DNA of 64,000 bases from contig OZ249436.1 in the NCBI GenBank assembly GCA_965235115.1, positions 34,100,001-34,164,000 of the forward strand, in the 5' to 3' direction. This document shows positions 41,200 through 54,000 of this stretch, one piece after another. The position numbers and the translations under genes were made by a program. Position 1 is the stretch's first letter. Each line of letters begins with the position of its first letter. Below the pieces are notes generated by a model. It had not been told where the DNA came from. It saw only the letters and a program-made list of their open reading frames with translations, and ran no database searches. The stretch comes from Laetmonice hystrix. Taxonomy: Eukaryota.

Positions 41200-41650
41200 G
41201 GGCAAGCAATGCCTGCGGATGGACTTTCTGTACGTCGGTACTGCGTGTAACCCTGCCAGGGATACATGACACAGTCAGAAAATAATGGGATTCTCCTTCG
41301 TCACTTCTCTCACTACGGTCGTCAGGTTCTTGAAGTTAGTGAATGGTTGGGAGTAGTGAGATATAGAACATGGCATAATTGAAATATCTCACAGGGCAGG
41401 ACACATTGTTTGAAACATTGCTATTGGTAATATCCTGTTTTGAACATGTCTTCCTGGAACATGTTTGGAAACGTATCATACCTACATCATAGTATAATAT
41501 ATAATGTGTGTATGCACGAATGAAACAGGCGAATTGTAGCTTTGAAAAGTCTCCAAAGCTTGTGTTGTTTTGTTCTTTGTTTTGTATTCTCAACATTCAC
41601 TATATCAATGCAAAATTGTCGTAGATATTTAGAATTTAAATCCGACTGTA
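41200..41650 (-). mobile_element. Short L2/CR1 RT-core fragment
   Basis: FGDFSK (41336..41596) ~ FLDFSKAFD. Confidence 0.35.
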
Positions 41651-41699
41651 TTGCCTGCTTGTAGTGCCTCCAGTTTTCCCAGTGTCAAACTTGACCCTA

Positions 41700-42500
41700 G
41701 CCGACAGTGGCTGTCTCTCGTTATCAGTGGGTGGTGGGTCTCGGTGTAGTGTCCAGGGGGCAGCACCAGTGGCAGGATCTGACCTGTGGATCTCTATACT
41801 CACACACTGACTGAATGAGGTGTCTGCAGTCCTTGGACTTTAATAATGGACATCCCTCCAAAACGTTTGTTATAGGTCTGAGCTATTTTATAGAGATGTT
41901 GGTTGTTATCTTTATGAAAACCCCGGGTTACCTCGGGGGATTCATTATGTGTACGTACGCCTTTCAGAAATCAGAATTTGGATTAAAATTGTAGGTTTAT
42001 AATACACAATGACTTTTAGTACGTAAGAGGAAGCAAAAGGAGAAAATAATACACATATTGGTTGTGTATTTATCCTGAGGTGTTGCCACATGAGCAGCAC
42101 GGATCGGATTGAATTGTTGGGGGATTGCTAAAGTGGAGATTGTTTCTTTGAAATTGGTATAATCATATACATGTACAACAGTTTGTATCCAAATTATCAT
42201 TTTCTGGTAGGTAGTGAAAGCTTCATTGGCAGACAATGCCACAATGCCGCTTCTATCGCCAGCCTTAATAGGAGGGTCCGCTTCCAAATGGCCATGTGCA
42301 ATTTCCATGTAACCCTTAAACCCTGTTTGGGTGGTCAAACAGTAAAGTATAAAACTTGAAAAATGTATCTGAGATAGATACCTTGATGGTATTAGGTCTG
42401 GGTGTTCAGTCGTTAGGAGGAAATGCTGAGAAGTTGGCAGCCCCCCCCCCCCTCCCACCACCCCCACCTGTTTGCATTACCCACTCGAGGGCAGGACTGT
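41700..42500 (-). mobile_element. Decayed L2/CR1 copy
   Basis: ORF 41997..42467: DLIP..LS..SFI; IIW..FKE. Confidence 0.35.
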
Positions 42501-43900
42501 TGAGTGGAGGGGTAGGGGGGTTAGCGACTGTGTACACTGGCTACACTCGGCACAATACCGAGTGTGGACATGGGACGGATACGGAGGCAGAGCGGAATAT
42601 AGACGCCACATCCTCCCTGACCTAACCCACCTTAGATCTCATTGTAACGGGGCAGGCCCCCCTGACCCCAGGAAGCCGGGTTGGGGCGGGAAGCTGGCCC
42701 AAGGGGGGAGCCGGTGGTCAAGGAGGATGGCGGGGTCTATTGGAGGCTATTGTAGAAGACAAGAGCTGCTCAGCCGGGGATTAGAGCGTGTTTGTCCGAC
42801 ACGGATCGGCCACTGACCCCGCTTGATCCGGCTTGCCTCAGTACACATCCGGAGCAAGTCGACGGCCCATTGTGAAACGCTCTAGTCTATACGTTCTCAA
42901 TGGCCGGCCTCATCGATAACCGATATGCAATAATGAAAACTAAACATGCCGGGTGAAAGGACGGCGGGGTGAGCAAACCGGAGGGAAATGAAGGGCAGCG
43001 TGTCGGCGGCCGTGTGTAATGTGGGGGCATGCTGCACAGGGACCCGCCACAAAAGGGCGCAGGGCACGGCCAGATTGCACACGGAATGCCAACCCGCTCT
43101 GACATCTCCAATTGAAAGGCGGTCAGCTGAAAAAAAGTAGCAGCGAGTAGCAGTGAAATGTCAGCAAGTGTTGGCGCGGTGAGGGGCGGTCAGGGCAGGA
43201 GGGTGTGGCCCGGCAAACTGATCCTGTGATCCCGGGGCACGACTCCGGGCGGCCGGGCCGCCCTGGGCACTGACTGACATACAAAGGGCCCGATCTGTGT
43301 CCATCGATTAGGCGAGCTCCCGCTCAAGTGGACTTTTCATGCCGTCTTTGTTGGCGGACGGGATGCTGTGGTAAAGCTATCAGTGACACTGTTCAGGCAC
43401 TACACCATTGGCAGAGCCATGATGAAAAAAATGGATCCATATCGTCTTTCATCACGAGGCGTCAGGACTACTGTGGGGGAGGGGGAGGGGGAAGGGTGGG
43501 GGTGGTTCTTGAGAGGTTGGAGTGGCCGGGGAGGGGTGGTGGTGTTATGTGTCCTGTCTGCTCACCTTCATAACTCCACGCCCCAGCCTCCTGACCGGGG
43601 CACAAAACCACTCGATTCAAGCATCACATTTCTATTCCATGTGGCACGGTGAAATAACGTCGGAGGCACTGGAAGGCCATATTGATTTAGTGTTCATTTT
43701 TGTTTGCCGCTATTGACTGGTGGAAGGGGGGAATCCCGGCCCCATACAACCTGTCAGAAATGGAGTCACATGAAATGCCCATGTGTGGAGTAATCTGGCC
43801 AGTGTTGTACATGATCCACGCGGTCTCAATCAATCATGACAATTATATACCTCAGGCAGGATGAAGCTTGCAGTGATATTCATCAGCCGCCACATTCAGC
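42500..43900 (-). mobile_element. Decayed L2/CR1 copy
   Basis: LVF..MRPAIENV (42887..43111) ~ IRPVLEYA, followed by AFHNG. Confidence 0.45.
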
Positions 43901-44780
43901 AGACCGGTACATTATGGCCACATGCTTCCATGCTGCCTGTCGCCCAACTTTCTGTCAGCACAATGCTGGAGGAAAAGTCGACAGCAATCAGATATTTCTT
44001 GTGGGCATGCAACGTGACCAGACAATGATATCTGCCAATAAATCAGCAAGCAATCACCGAGGTCGGAGCCGATCACGTGGGTGAGGGTCGCGCCGATGAT
44101 CTAAGACACCTCGGGATAGCTGTCATAAACAATTCTAAGAAAGTAATACAGCCTTGTATTTGTTTTGTTCCAATTAATCTTGCTTTCTAATCCAGCAGTC
44201 CTCCCTAGTGGCCAATATCTTCGGGCCCCTGTCGGTCAGTGCATATTGCCGCATGCGACCCCGCAGACCTTTATGTAAATGAGCTGAAATACATTTTTCC
44301 CCTTCCAGTAAAGCAAGATTACGGCCGCTGATACAGCAACCTTATGACGGCTGCAGGGGCCTCTATCAGTGGTCCAGGGGCAGGGAGCGCTAGTAAAACA
44401 TAACAATGGCCACGCTGCTTGACTTACACGTGTCTGCAAATCAGCGATCACGGCCCTCTGACAAATACGCAGTGGCAAAGAAGGCGCGGCGGACGGGGTT
44501 GTGTGTGGAGAAGGCAGCACATTGTGGGGCGAAGGGCGGGTGGACACTGGCGATGAAGGCAGATGATGGCCGCCGCGGATGAATCACATGACAAATCACA
44601 TGACAATCACATGACAAATGCAATATTTCGGGGGAGCTGAGTGTTTGGGAAGGCCACAGCCAGGGTGGTACTTTAACCCCTCTTGAGCAGGCTTCCTTTG
44701 ATGTGCGCCAAAACAATTCCGCGTTCTCTGCTTCACCAACACCCCAGAGGTGTTTACACATACTAAGAAATGACAATTTC
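43900..44780 (-). mobile_element. Decayed L2/CR1 RT N-terminal half
   Basis: VPPWLW..LSSPEI (44441..44782) ~ IPxWLLKE..LAxP; HKVA..W (44236..44547). Confidence 0.45.
44583..44617. repeat. Three copies of atcacatgaca(a)
   Basis: Directly visible at 44583, 44595, 44606. Confidence 0.9.
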
Positions 44781-44799
44781 ATCCGAAGATGATGGGTAA

Positions 44800-45900
44800 G
44801 ATTTCTTTATTAAGCCAATATCTGTGATGTAATCATGTCTGCTATATGGGGCGTAACTACAAGATAGGCTTCAGCTCATTTCGGTGAGAAACGGATGAAA
44901 GAAAGGGGGGGGGGGCAAGAAGATGGAAGCTAGGCTTAGGGAGAAGGAACATGTGAGACAGGCACACTAGATAGATGTGACACACATTGAGTTTAAACCC
45001 TGTGCAGCGAAGGTTTTCTAATCTGACCAGAAACGGTCGAGTCGTTTGGGGGCGGCCTGCAGTTGTTGCTGATTTCATGCCACATTATTTTGTGCACACA
45101 TTCCCATGCAGCGACAGATGCCACCAAGGGAGATAACCTGTCTGTTAAAAAGATATTGATCCAGTGTCTGAAATTGCTCTGCTCATTTCATTTATCAGAT
45201 TTATGTTCACCACCGTCCGTTTCTCCATTCCGTGCATTCAAGCACGATTTGGCGTAGATGTGTAAGTAGTATGGGGAAATTGGCCTTTGCGGCAGGCTCT
45301 AATTTTAACCATCAGTCTAGCTCGCCCACATTGTCAATGAAATGGTAGGCAGGAATGCAAACTGTGTCATAAAGCAGCCTATGAATAAATATTTAGATGT
45401 TTATTTTTAGGGTGGAATGTCATGAATATAGCAATAAGATAATCAGGTCGAGGTTTATCCGACACAGGTGCTTGAGTACAGAACCCCAGTGGACCTCATG
45501 TGATGAATACATCATTCCTTGCATGATAATCTACGGAGAGTTTACAAATTAGAATCTTAAAGATGACAAATGGGCCTTAAAGTTGCTCGGGAGGATTACC
45601 ACCCCGGACTGTTATAACAGAGCGGACTGTGGTTGGCATCAGGGGGGTTAAATCTGTGTTGGAGATTGTCCGTGCTTACAGCGGAGTCGGGCGAGTGACT
45701 GCCCCGCTGCGGGTCACCTTTGCCCTCAGTTCTCCGACGGTGGGGGCCGTGGGACGAGGCCGAACAGTAAATCAAGATGAAGCAGCCGCAGCTGAGGCAG
45801 TGCTCAGTCATATTTAGAGCGGGCCGCCGTAGTTATTACACTGCCTGTAATCCCCCAAGGTGAAGTAAAGTTGGCCTTGCCACCGCCACCCAGGCTTCAC
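44800..45900 (-). mobile_element. Decayed L2/CR1 copy
   Basis: GDPQRGSHSP (45596..45811) ~ GVPQGSVLGP; RLENLR, PSFHLLAPP (44857..45078). Confidence 0.5.
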
Positions 45901-46029
45901 CTTCTTGTGCCCACACGCAAGAGGCCAAGCCCTATGGCCGACCTCGCTGCCAGCCTTGGCTCCCAACCCCGGCACCTCCACCAGCAGCCATTGCTGGGGC
46001 TTCCTTAATAAATCCTCCATGGCCTGGCC

Positions 46030-47200
46030 TCTGACTCCCTGCCTACCCCCTGAACCTTCCCCACCATCTGATGGCAGGCTGGCAGGCAGGCTGTCCAGCC
46101 AGAAGGCAGTCGGCCCTTGTTGCCGGTACTTAGCAGAAGCTTCTCCTGGAGAGGCCGTCTTGGGTACTGCCTCTAGCAGCGATTGGACCTGGCTCCTGCT
46201 AGCCGATCAGTGGCTTCAGGGCTTGATCTATAGGAAAATTTCCAAAACCAGATCTTTCAGTGGATGTATACTTTGGTCTCGCCTCTTGGAGTATTTACCA
46301 GCATACATTGGGGTCTTTGTACCGACATACTCACTCATGGACCGGGCTCCGCTTTATGGATCACTGCCCTCAGATAGGCTCAGCCTCCTCAAACTGCCGC
46401 TAGGTGGACATAGCAACATGTGAGTACCAGTGGGTTCTAGAGGTACGTGTTCTTGGTGTCCAAGCATTGCTGTTTAAATCTTGGTGTGACATGGTATTTT
46501 GGTAACCGTTCGGAGTATTGTTTTAATTCACTTCTTTGTGATTATACTTTAGTGAATATGAAATACTGAGACATTTTCTTATATCTCGGTGTTCCCTTTT
46601 CATATGTTACTTGTTAAATCAGGTGATTCTTTCATAACTTCCTGAAATGTAGACAAATGTAGATATTCAGTATAGATAATATGTGCACCACCCCGTGAAG
46701 TAAGAGGAATGGTGAGACTGATGTGTCACTATCCTGTCACAGTGTAATTTTCTGATTGATTTCGACATTCCGTTGTCTGAAGCAGAAAACCAGACAGAGT
46801 ATCCCGGGGGAATAGAATGTCCTCTGTCTCCGCTATGATGTAGCTGTGTTTTTATGTTTGTCTTCTGTGTTTAGATGTCTGATTTATTGGGCTCTCTCTC
46901 TGACTCATGACCTGATATTACTTATATAGGCGTCCAGTGTTCAGGAAAACATTGACCTTAGCCAGCTGAAAATATTGAGACGTCAGACTATATAATAGTT
47001 ATGAAGGAGCTTATTAATCACGTAGAATATAGATTGATGTTCTATGCTACAGTTTGTTTTCTAACAATACACAGGTCATTATGTTTACATCTTTGGCTGG
47101 CACTATACCTGAATCCCAGGATGTCTCGACCATACTTGTATTACCATATTGTATGAACCTTTATTTAACACAGTCTTATAAGAACCATCTTTAAAATATA
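46030..47200 (+). mobile_element. Inverted (plus-strand) decayed L2/CR1 RT copy
   Basis: RLSSQKAVGP, YRKISKT, RLLEYL, YGSLP (45905..46423 +); gtgttcttggtgtccaagcatt (about 46447) ~ VFLDxSKAF; LGVPFSYV (about 46585); NFLKCRQ (about 46640). Confidence 0.5.
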
Positions 47201-47239
47201 TCTATTTTATTTGAGAATGATTTCATAGATTCATTGTGT

Positions 47240-48650
47240 GACTTATAGAGAGTGATGATTGCTAATTACCGCGTGTGGTTGATATGTTTCAGAGAGAGGT
47301 GGAATGCTGGAGTGAGGCCAGGGTATAAGGGCTGTGGGGTCTGTAAGTGGGGATGTGTTGGAACCCTTGCAGGTGTCCCTGCCAGTCTCCACTAGCGTCC
47401 TCCAGCTGGTTGCTGGACACACACACACACGGTGGCTCTCACAGGTCAGTCAGTACACATCTACTTACCAACCTATACCCCCTCAAATATTGTGTCAGAG
47501 CGGATTTATTATTATGTACTTAAGTCTTAACAGGTTTACAATTTGTTACCTTTGAAAACTCTAGCAATGTACCAACGTGTTACATGTGATTACAGCTAAG
47601 ACAAGTTAGATTTAATGCAGGTATATTTGTGGAAGTGGCCAAGATGTTCTGTTATTAATGAGCAATATGATGGTTTGCTGAATGTAATTGTGAACACAGA
47701 TTGATCATCAGAGCTAGAGATTGGGTTGTAGATATAATGTATATCTCATGAATAGACTTAGAGCTGTAAATTGTGGTTTAATGAATCAATAGTTTACGTA
47801 CAGAGCATTCATTATAGCGATATCCATCTTATCTCATAATGAGGTCGGTAAACAATCGTAAAGATCACCTGGAAACTCAGGTGGTCTTTATGGTGAAGAA
47901 TTTTCCTCGACCGACCGCATTCCAAATGTCTATGTTTGGTATACTTTGGACAAGGGAGTGAAAAGTTATGTTGTTTGACTGAGAGGATTAAATTGAGCAT
48001 ACATCTCCGTGAGACCCAGACGGAGTCTATTCATCTTGGGACTAGGCGAAATGCACATTCACCACTGCCATTGCTAAGGCCATAAAAGCTGGACGCTTCG
48101 CTTGAACAAAGCAGCAGGAAAGAGTCCATCTTGCTGCCACATAAAACAGAGCCAGGCTTCCCTGGGCTTCCCTTATGAATCATTGTAGTCCACGACTGGA
48201 ATTTGAATAATGCAAATCAGAATTTTAAAATTTAATTAAAGTGTTAAAAACAACAAAGCTGTGCAGGGCTTTGTGTGTGTTGCAAGCGTTGTATAAAGTG
48301 AGCAGGGCTGAGGAAGACTGAGGCATAAGGATGTGTGCGTGGATTACCGGTTGGATTACCCTTATCATGTGGATTATCGTTCACCAACGATGGCAGTATG
48401 CACTGGAGTGGTATGTGGGCAGGTGGGTTAGGCGTGCGGGACACCTGGAGAAGATCCAGTTGATCCAGGTAGTGTGTTCTGGAGCAGCATATGGCCGGCC
48501 GCCGGACTACACAAGCTGCTGCCACTGGGGTAGAAACGAGGCGGGTGATGGAATCTTTCTGCCACGCTTTATCTGCTCAATCCGAGACAGCATCTTCTCT
48601 CCTTCAAGCGAACCCATTCAGGTCCTTTTTTTAATATTTCCTATTCTTAT
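47240..48650 (-). mobile_element. Decayed L2/CR1 copy
   Basis: LVND (48244..48525); FTIVYRPHYEIRW (47812..48000); TLVETGRDTCK, DPT..HSSIPPLSETY (47243..47428). Confidence 0.55.
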
Positions 48651-48699
48651 TGTTTGTTATTCCTGATAAGGTACTTAACGGTATATGACGAGTGTGACG

Positions 48700-50400
48700 G
48701 GTCCATCTACAAATAAGTTAAATGGATTGGAACAGAAATTGTTGTCATTCCAGTACGGGACCAGCACGGAAGGATAAACCTGCAGTGATCATTCTAATTT
48801 GTTGAGATTAATTCATTATGAAGTTCTTGTCTAATTTTGAGTTTCTATGTATAGATTAGATGCTGGGGGCAGGTCGAAATGACCACCAGTTTCTAATGTT
48901 CCGTTTTTAGCTTTATTTCTAGACCCCTCGTCATGTCTGATATTATGACGTCATAACGTTTCCTCTCCTATTACCTTATTATTTTATCAACATGCGATTG
49001 GCCATGCCATGTCATCACGTGATACACAGAATCGAGATGAGCGGGATATTGATTGGTTGTTTCTCTCCAGTCAAGGCTCGAAGTGAATGGTGAGTCAACT
49101 TCTGATTGGCCTAATAGGGGTTCTTGGCAACCTGTTTGGAAGCTATAGTCATTGCTGACAACTGGCATTTGAGACAAGTGGAATCGGTGTGTGATAGCAT
49201 TGTATGTCAGTGTAAGCAATTGTTCTACAGTGGATGCAAACCGCTTCATACACATTGTAGTAGTTATTCATGTTGATATATATAACGATGTAGATTACCG
49301 TATACAGATCAGATTGTGTAACAAATTAGTTTGGATCAAGTGGAGTTCTATACAATTACGTACTTCCCTTGCATTGGTGGCACATTGGCCTTGTGTTATA
49401 TTGCTAGGTCCATTTCTTTGGTCGGATTTTTGTATCACGTATCACGTTGCAGCTGCAAGGGTCTATTTTTTACATAATATTTATGATTTTATATCATATA
49501 TTTATGAGCATAAGTGGCAACAGGCCTCTCTTTATGGGTTTTCTATAAAGATCCCGACTGACCTTTGTTTTTCACATGTCATGACGATCCGTGGGACTCC
49601 CTAACTATATACAGAGAGGTAACCGATGGAATTCTCACCCCATCTGGCCGTCCCAGTTAAGTGATGAGTTGAAGTACAATAGTTGAAGTAAAGAATTTGA
49701 GCTGTCAGACTCGAGGAGAAATTGACGACGAGTATTACAGTATGTGAAATGTTTGAAGTGACTTGACGTTGTGGAGAGTGACAGTGGCCGTGGAAGTGAC
49801 AGTGTGTGACCACTCGTTCTGTGGCGGGACACGTCACAGTGTATCATGTCAGGGACTGCACTCATGGGGTGCGACGTCCCGCAGTAAAAACCAACGTCAG
49901 TGGTGGTGGGTGGGGGGAACTGGGGTCGGTCCATCCACCCGAACTTTGATGAAAATGGGATGGTCTCTGATGAAAGCCAGGCCGACTGGGGGTTAGCCGT
50001 GGAGTCCAGTGGCGTCGGAGTCATCGCCTGGAGTTTTGAGATTAATCACGACTGTAAACGAGACTGTCATCGCATCGAACCCATGTGACGGTGTTACTAT
50101 TATATATAGTTCCCGCTTTTTGTGGAACGTCTAGTAGCGTCCCATGATAGGGGAGACCAGGTCCAATGTTCTGAGCTGATGTTCGAGAGATAACAGTACA
50201 AGTACCCGACACAGGTTTTGACTGGGGCCGTTAGGGAGGGCAAGATGTCCTGGCCGACCTGTCTGCCGCCAGATAGCTTAATGGCCTTGGCGGGGCTGGG
50301 GGGCCTGATGACAAGGATGGACACCCCTGTGATGTCGCTGACCAACACTGACCGCTCCCAGTGGCCATCACAGCCGGGGGCCGTCTCATACACGCCCACT
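48700..50400 (-). mobile_element. Decayed L2/CR1 copy
   Basis: PAKA..DIL..APV (50100..50474); MDRPQF..TTTD (49635..50024); VILVVNFS (49601..49837); TW..HVDKII (48971..49255). Confidence 0.6.
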
Positions 50401-50449
50401 ATCTGGTACGGGTCCGACTTGACCACTGTCCTAATCACTTGATGTCCAG

Positions 50450-51820
50450 TCCCACTAGCCACTCGGCAGATCAAGATGAAGATGATGAGGATGTCCAGTC
50501 AGCATGCCGAAATGATATCAGAAATCATCAAGCGCTGTAGGAAGGATTGGGGGTTGATGGGGTCTTTGCCATATATTGGATAGTATAAACATGTACGTAT
50601 ACTACAGAATTCCATAATACGACTCTGTATCTAAGTTCTCCCAGTGTATCTGTCTAGATTGTGGGTGTACCAGTGTATAAAACCGTACAGTCCCTCCCTG
50701 AAAGCCTATGATAATGTGGTATGTACGTATTATGTGGTGTATCAGTGTATGTCGTCCCTCCTTGAAAGCCACTGATAATGTGGTCTGTACGTATTATGTG
50801 GTGTGTCGGTGTATGTCGTCCCTCCTTGAAAGCCTATGATAATGTGGTCTGTACGTAATATGTGGTGTATCGGTGTATGTCGTCCCTCCCTAAAAGCCTC
50901 TGATAATGTGACCAGTACGTATTATGTGGTGTATCGGTGTGTCGTCCCTCCTTGAAAGCCATGATAATGTGGTCTGTACGTATTATGTGGTGTATCAGTG
51001 TATGTCCCTTAGTGTCCCCAGGGCGTTCGTGACCTCCTTAACTTGGTCTGTAAACATTGCCTTCCTCATGTCATCCAGTTTAGGTGATTGTCTTCCACAT
51101 TGTCTGTGTGTAGTCTGATCTATCTGTGATATGTTAGCCTCTTGTAGTCAGGTCTAGCATGTTGTTGTTGCCCTTTGTAGAATGCCTATGTGTAGTTGTG
51201 TCCATTACCACATGTCTGGCCTCTCTAACCTCGGAAACATTGCTGCACTGTGTATCATGTATTGGATGGGTGGGTGGATTTGTTCTGGGACAATTTCATA
51301 TTTTTTGTTCTATAGATCTTGGCATATAGCCTGATAGAGCGTAAACCGAGCCATGTATATGTCAGCACACGTATGGAAGGCACTCGACAGATACATTAGG
51401 GGGAATGCCCTAATGCTTATCAGATTAACTGGTCAGGGGGTTTGGTGGCCCCCTGATACGTAGATTTGGGCCTTCTCAGATTGCGCGCGTGCCTCATGTT
51501 AACGTCTGTCCAAGGCTGTGTAAGCAGCTGCCCACAATCAGTTAGAATCATGGGTTGGAGGGGGCGGTAGGGGGGTAACCCCCCCCCCCCCCATGTGGGT
51601 GAAGGTAGGCGGGGTAGGAGAGATACAGCAGCATCCCACGGCACCTAATGAAGACAACTTGGCCACTTGTTGCGGGTACTTGAATCGATTGTATGGGGCC
51701 AGGGGGCGAGGAGTAGCATGTGTAGTATCTGTAGGGCAGTTGGACGGTGGCGCTAATGGTGGTAAGGGTAGTGAAGGTGGGCGGACCTGTAGTTGGATTG
51801 CTGGTACCGCCACCCGCCCC
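50450..51820 (-). mobile_element. Decayed L2/CR1 copy interrupted by a 64-bp minisatellite
   Basis: PTW, YRP..LT, RPKST (51420..51644); GIPPNV (about 51395-51412); CSIRTCLYYP beyond the minisatellite (about 50570-50610). Confidence 0.5.
50690..51008. repeat. 64-bp minisatellite, 5 units
   Basis: gtccctcc(c/t)tgaaagcc..tgataatgtggtctgtacgtattatgtggtgtatcggtgtatgtc starting at 50690, 50754, 50818, 50882, 50944. Confidence 0.97.
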
Positions 51821-52106
51821 CATCTGTCTCATTACTGTACCTTCACCACTATCACCGACCATGTGTGTTTTACACATTTAACAAAAAGATTTCTAAATAG
51901 GTTTTATCTCCCTAGAACAGAAGCCTAACAAAATAATATCACAGATTGTGAGGTTTGAAGGGTTTTGTAAACATCACCAGAAGATGTGAATAGAAACCAA
52001 CTCTTGCAAGGTCATGACCAAGTCAGAAGGGATAGGTCACTGCTGTCTGTCAGCTAGCTTTCATTCATTTCTTCATCTATTTGTTCATTCTGGGACACAT
52101 GGATAG

Positions 52107-52139
52107 GTGTGTGTGTGTGTGTGTGTGGGGGGGGGGGGG
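52107..52139. repeat. (GT)10 microsatellite followed by a G13 run
   Basis: Directly visible. Confidence 0.9.
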
Positions 52140-52282
52140 TCTTCCAAGCCCAGACTTGGAGCAGGGAGAGAAGAGATTACCGAAAATTGACCTTAACACA
52201 GTTGAGGAATTGCACAGTCTGAGTTCGTCCATTGACGGGTAAATGTCGTGGCGATTTAAGCCATTCATGTGGTCCATCAGTA

Positions 52283-52411
52283 NNNNNNNNNNNNNNNNNN
52301 NNNNNNNNNNNNNNNNNNNNNNNNNNNNNNNNNNNNNNNNNNNNNNNNNNNNNNNNNNNNNNNNNNNNNNNNNNNNNNNNNNNNNNNNNNNNNNNNNNNN
52401 NNNNNNNNNNN
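52283..52411. other. Assembly gap (129 N)
   Basis: Run of N. Confidence 1.
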
Positions 52412-53050
52412 ACAGTTCTGGGCGGAGGCACGCAGCTTCAAAGTGCACCGGCAATTTGTGTACAGCCGCCAAACTGTTAGCCGCTGGCCATCCCGCCGGG
52501 CGGGGCGAACCGCCGTGCAATATGGTTTATGTACCCCCTACCGACTGGCCTCCACCCCTCGCCCGGCCCGGCCAATTTTACCCCGGACTCAGCTGACCAC
52601 TCAACTGGTCAGTGTGGATGGATGCACATCGCTGTCACGACTTGACGGCCCGCCGCAGTCGCCCCCGCCCAGACCGGCGCGCAGACCAAAGGAGATCGGG
52701 GGGAGATTGAACACAGCGGCTGGTAGAATTCAATCCGGGGTCCCAGCCGACTGCGGCGGTCAGCCTGGACGTCCCGACCGGCTGGCCCACCGCCGCTGTG
52801 GTGGGCCGCTCAGGCTACTGCTATAAGTGACCACAGTCCGTTGCAGGCATTGTTACAGGGACCGCACAGGTCAAAGGTGATGGATGACCAGTGGTCACTG
52901 ATACTCATTCATTACACAGCCGGGTCAACTGGCCAATTAACTTGCTCCTTAGCTGCTCAGCTCATGTCCTTCCAAACTACAAATCGTGCTCGGTCTTGCG
53001 GCTCCAAACGCTCAGACCACGTCTAGTTGGGTACGGATGGATTTCTGATT
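52412..53050 (+). mobile_element. Inverted (plus-strand) decayed L2/CR1 RT core
   Basis: SFKV..FV..QYG..ST, LVSVD, IQSGVP, GPLRLLL (52269..52826 +); KVMDD (52874-52888) ~ KYVDD. Confidence 0.55.
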
Positions 53051-53099
53051 TATTTTCTGCCGACCCTATTTTCATACAAAAGGAGAAGTGAACCTTTTA

Positions 53100-54000
53100 A
53101 ACAATACATCATTGTAATAGTCTGTTCATTGTTAACTTTACTTTAACTACAGTAGATCAGACTGGCATATATAAGGATGGCCGTGTGGCGGTCACCTTGT
53201 ATTACTGTGAGGTAGTATTGACCAGGAGGGACGAACCAATACTAATGGCAACGCGTACCCCCTGGTATTTGGGACATATTTCATCTACTCGAGAAAAGTT
53301 AACAGTGCGTGCTAGCAATGATAGACAGGAGAAGGGAAGAGAAAAATCTCTCGGTAGAATCAAAGAGATGAATTTTCCCACAGACTTTGCAAAGAAAGAG
53401 TTGACTCGTGAAATTAAAGAAAGAGCCACAAGCAGCTGCGATGCAAAGGAAAGAATATATTTCAAGATGTGTAGAGGGGCGTGAATAATTCTTTGTATTG
53501 CACATATAAACAGAGTTTGCAACCGTAGCTTTAAGTACTACCTTTGTGCTCGTTTGACACCAAGCAGAGATACTCCATTTAAGTGTCAACAGTCAGACAT
53601 GTCAAGTCTACTCCCCATATAACCCAGATGGACGCCAACTGCTCCGTCTCCCCACCGGTTTCAGCAATCTCCTACAGCTGTCCGGCTTGAGGTAAGCCAT
53701 GTGGAGGCGTTTGGAACCAAGAGTTCCCGACTCAGGCCTGCAAGCCTTCCCTGTGCTATATGGCCATCAACATTTGATCTGCCCCACCGGGTCAGCGTAG
53801 TGACAAAGGTCATGACATCGACACTCGTCTCCTGACCTTTGGTCACTCAAATGGTCAACCCTGGCCCCCACAAGCATTTTAGGGCATATTGTACAGGGCA
53901 AACAAGTGGTTAATTAACTCTCCATCCGAGGAGGGTGTGAAACGTATAGTTTGTGTGAGTGAGTGGTAAGGTGCTATAGATCGGTGCTATCGGATAGATG
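53100..54000. mobile_element. Probable L2/CR1 relic, orientation unresolved
   Basis: Minus: TLKW..KA (53299..53589), TRWGRSN (53661..53846). Plus: YLGHISS, LGRIKEMNFPT (53185..53484). These overlap, so at least one is spurious. Confidence 0.3.

Noticed and set aside
46250-46320. DIRS RT-like FQW..FGLAS on the plus strand
   Set aside because: Needs two frameshifts; an in-frame L2 reading (YRKISKT..RLLEYL) is better supported by flanking motifs.
47334-47555. Plus-strand L2 echo (P.QVSLPVS..RWLS)
   Set aside because: The opposite strand has stronger ordered C-terminal motifs (TLVETGRDTCK, DPT..PP..Y).
50690-51008. CRISPR-like regular repeats (also 1-431 and 63240-64000)
   Set aside because: Units are contiguous with no unique spacers, there are no cas genes, and the context is eukaryotic.
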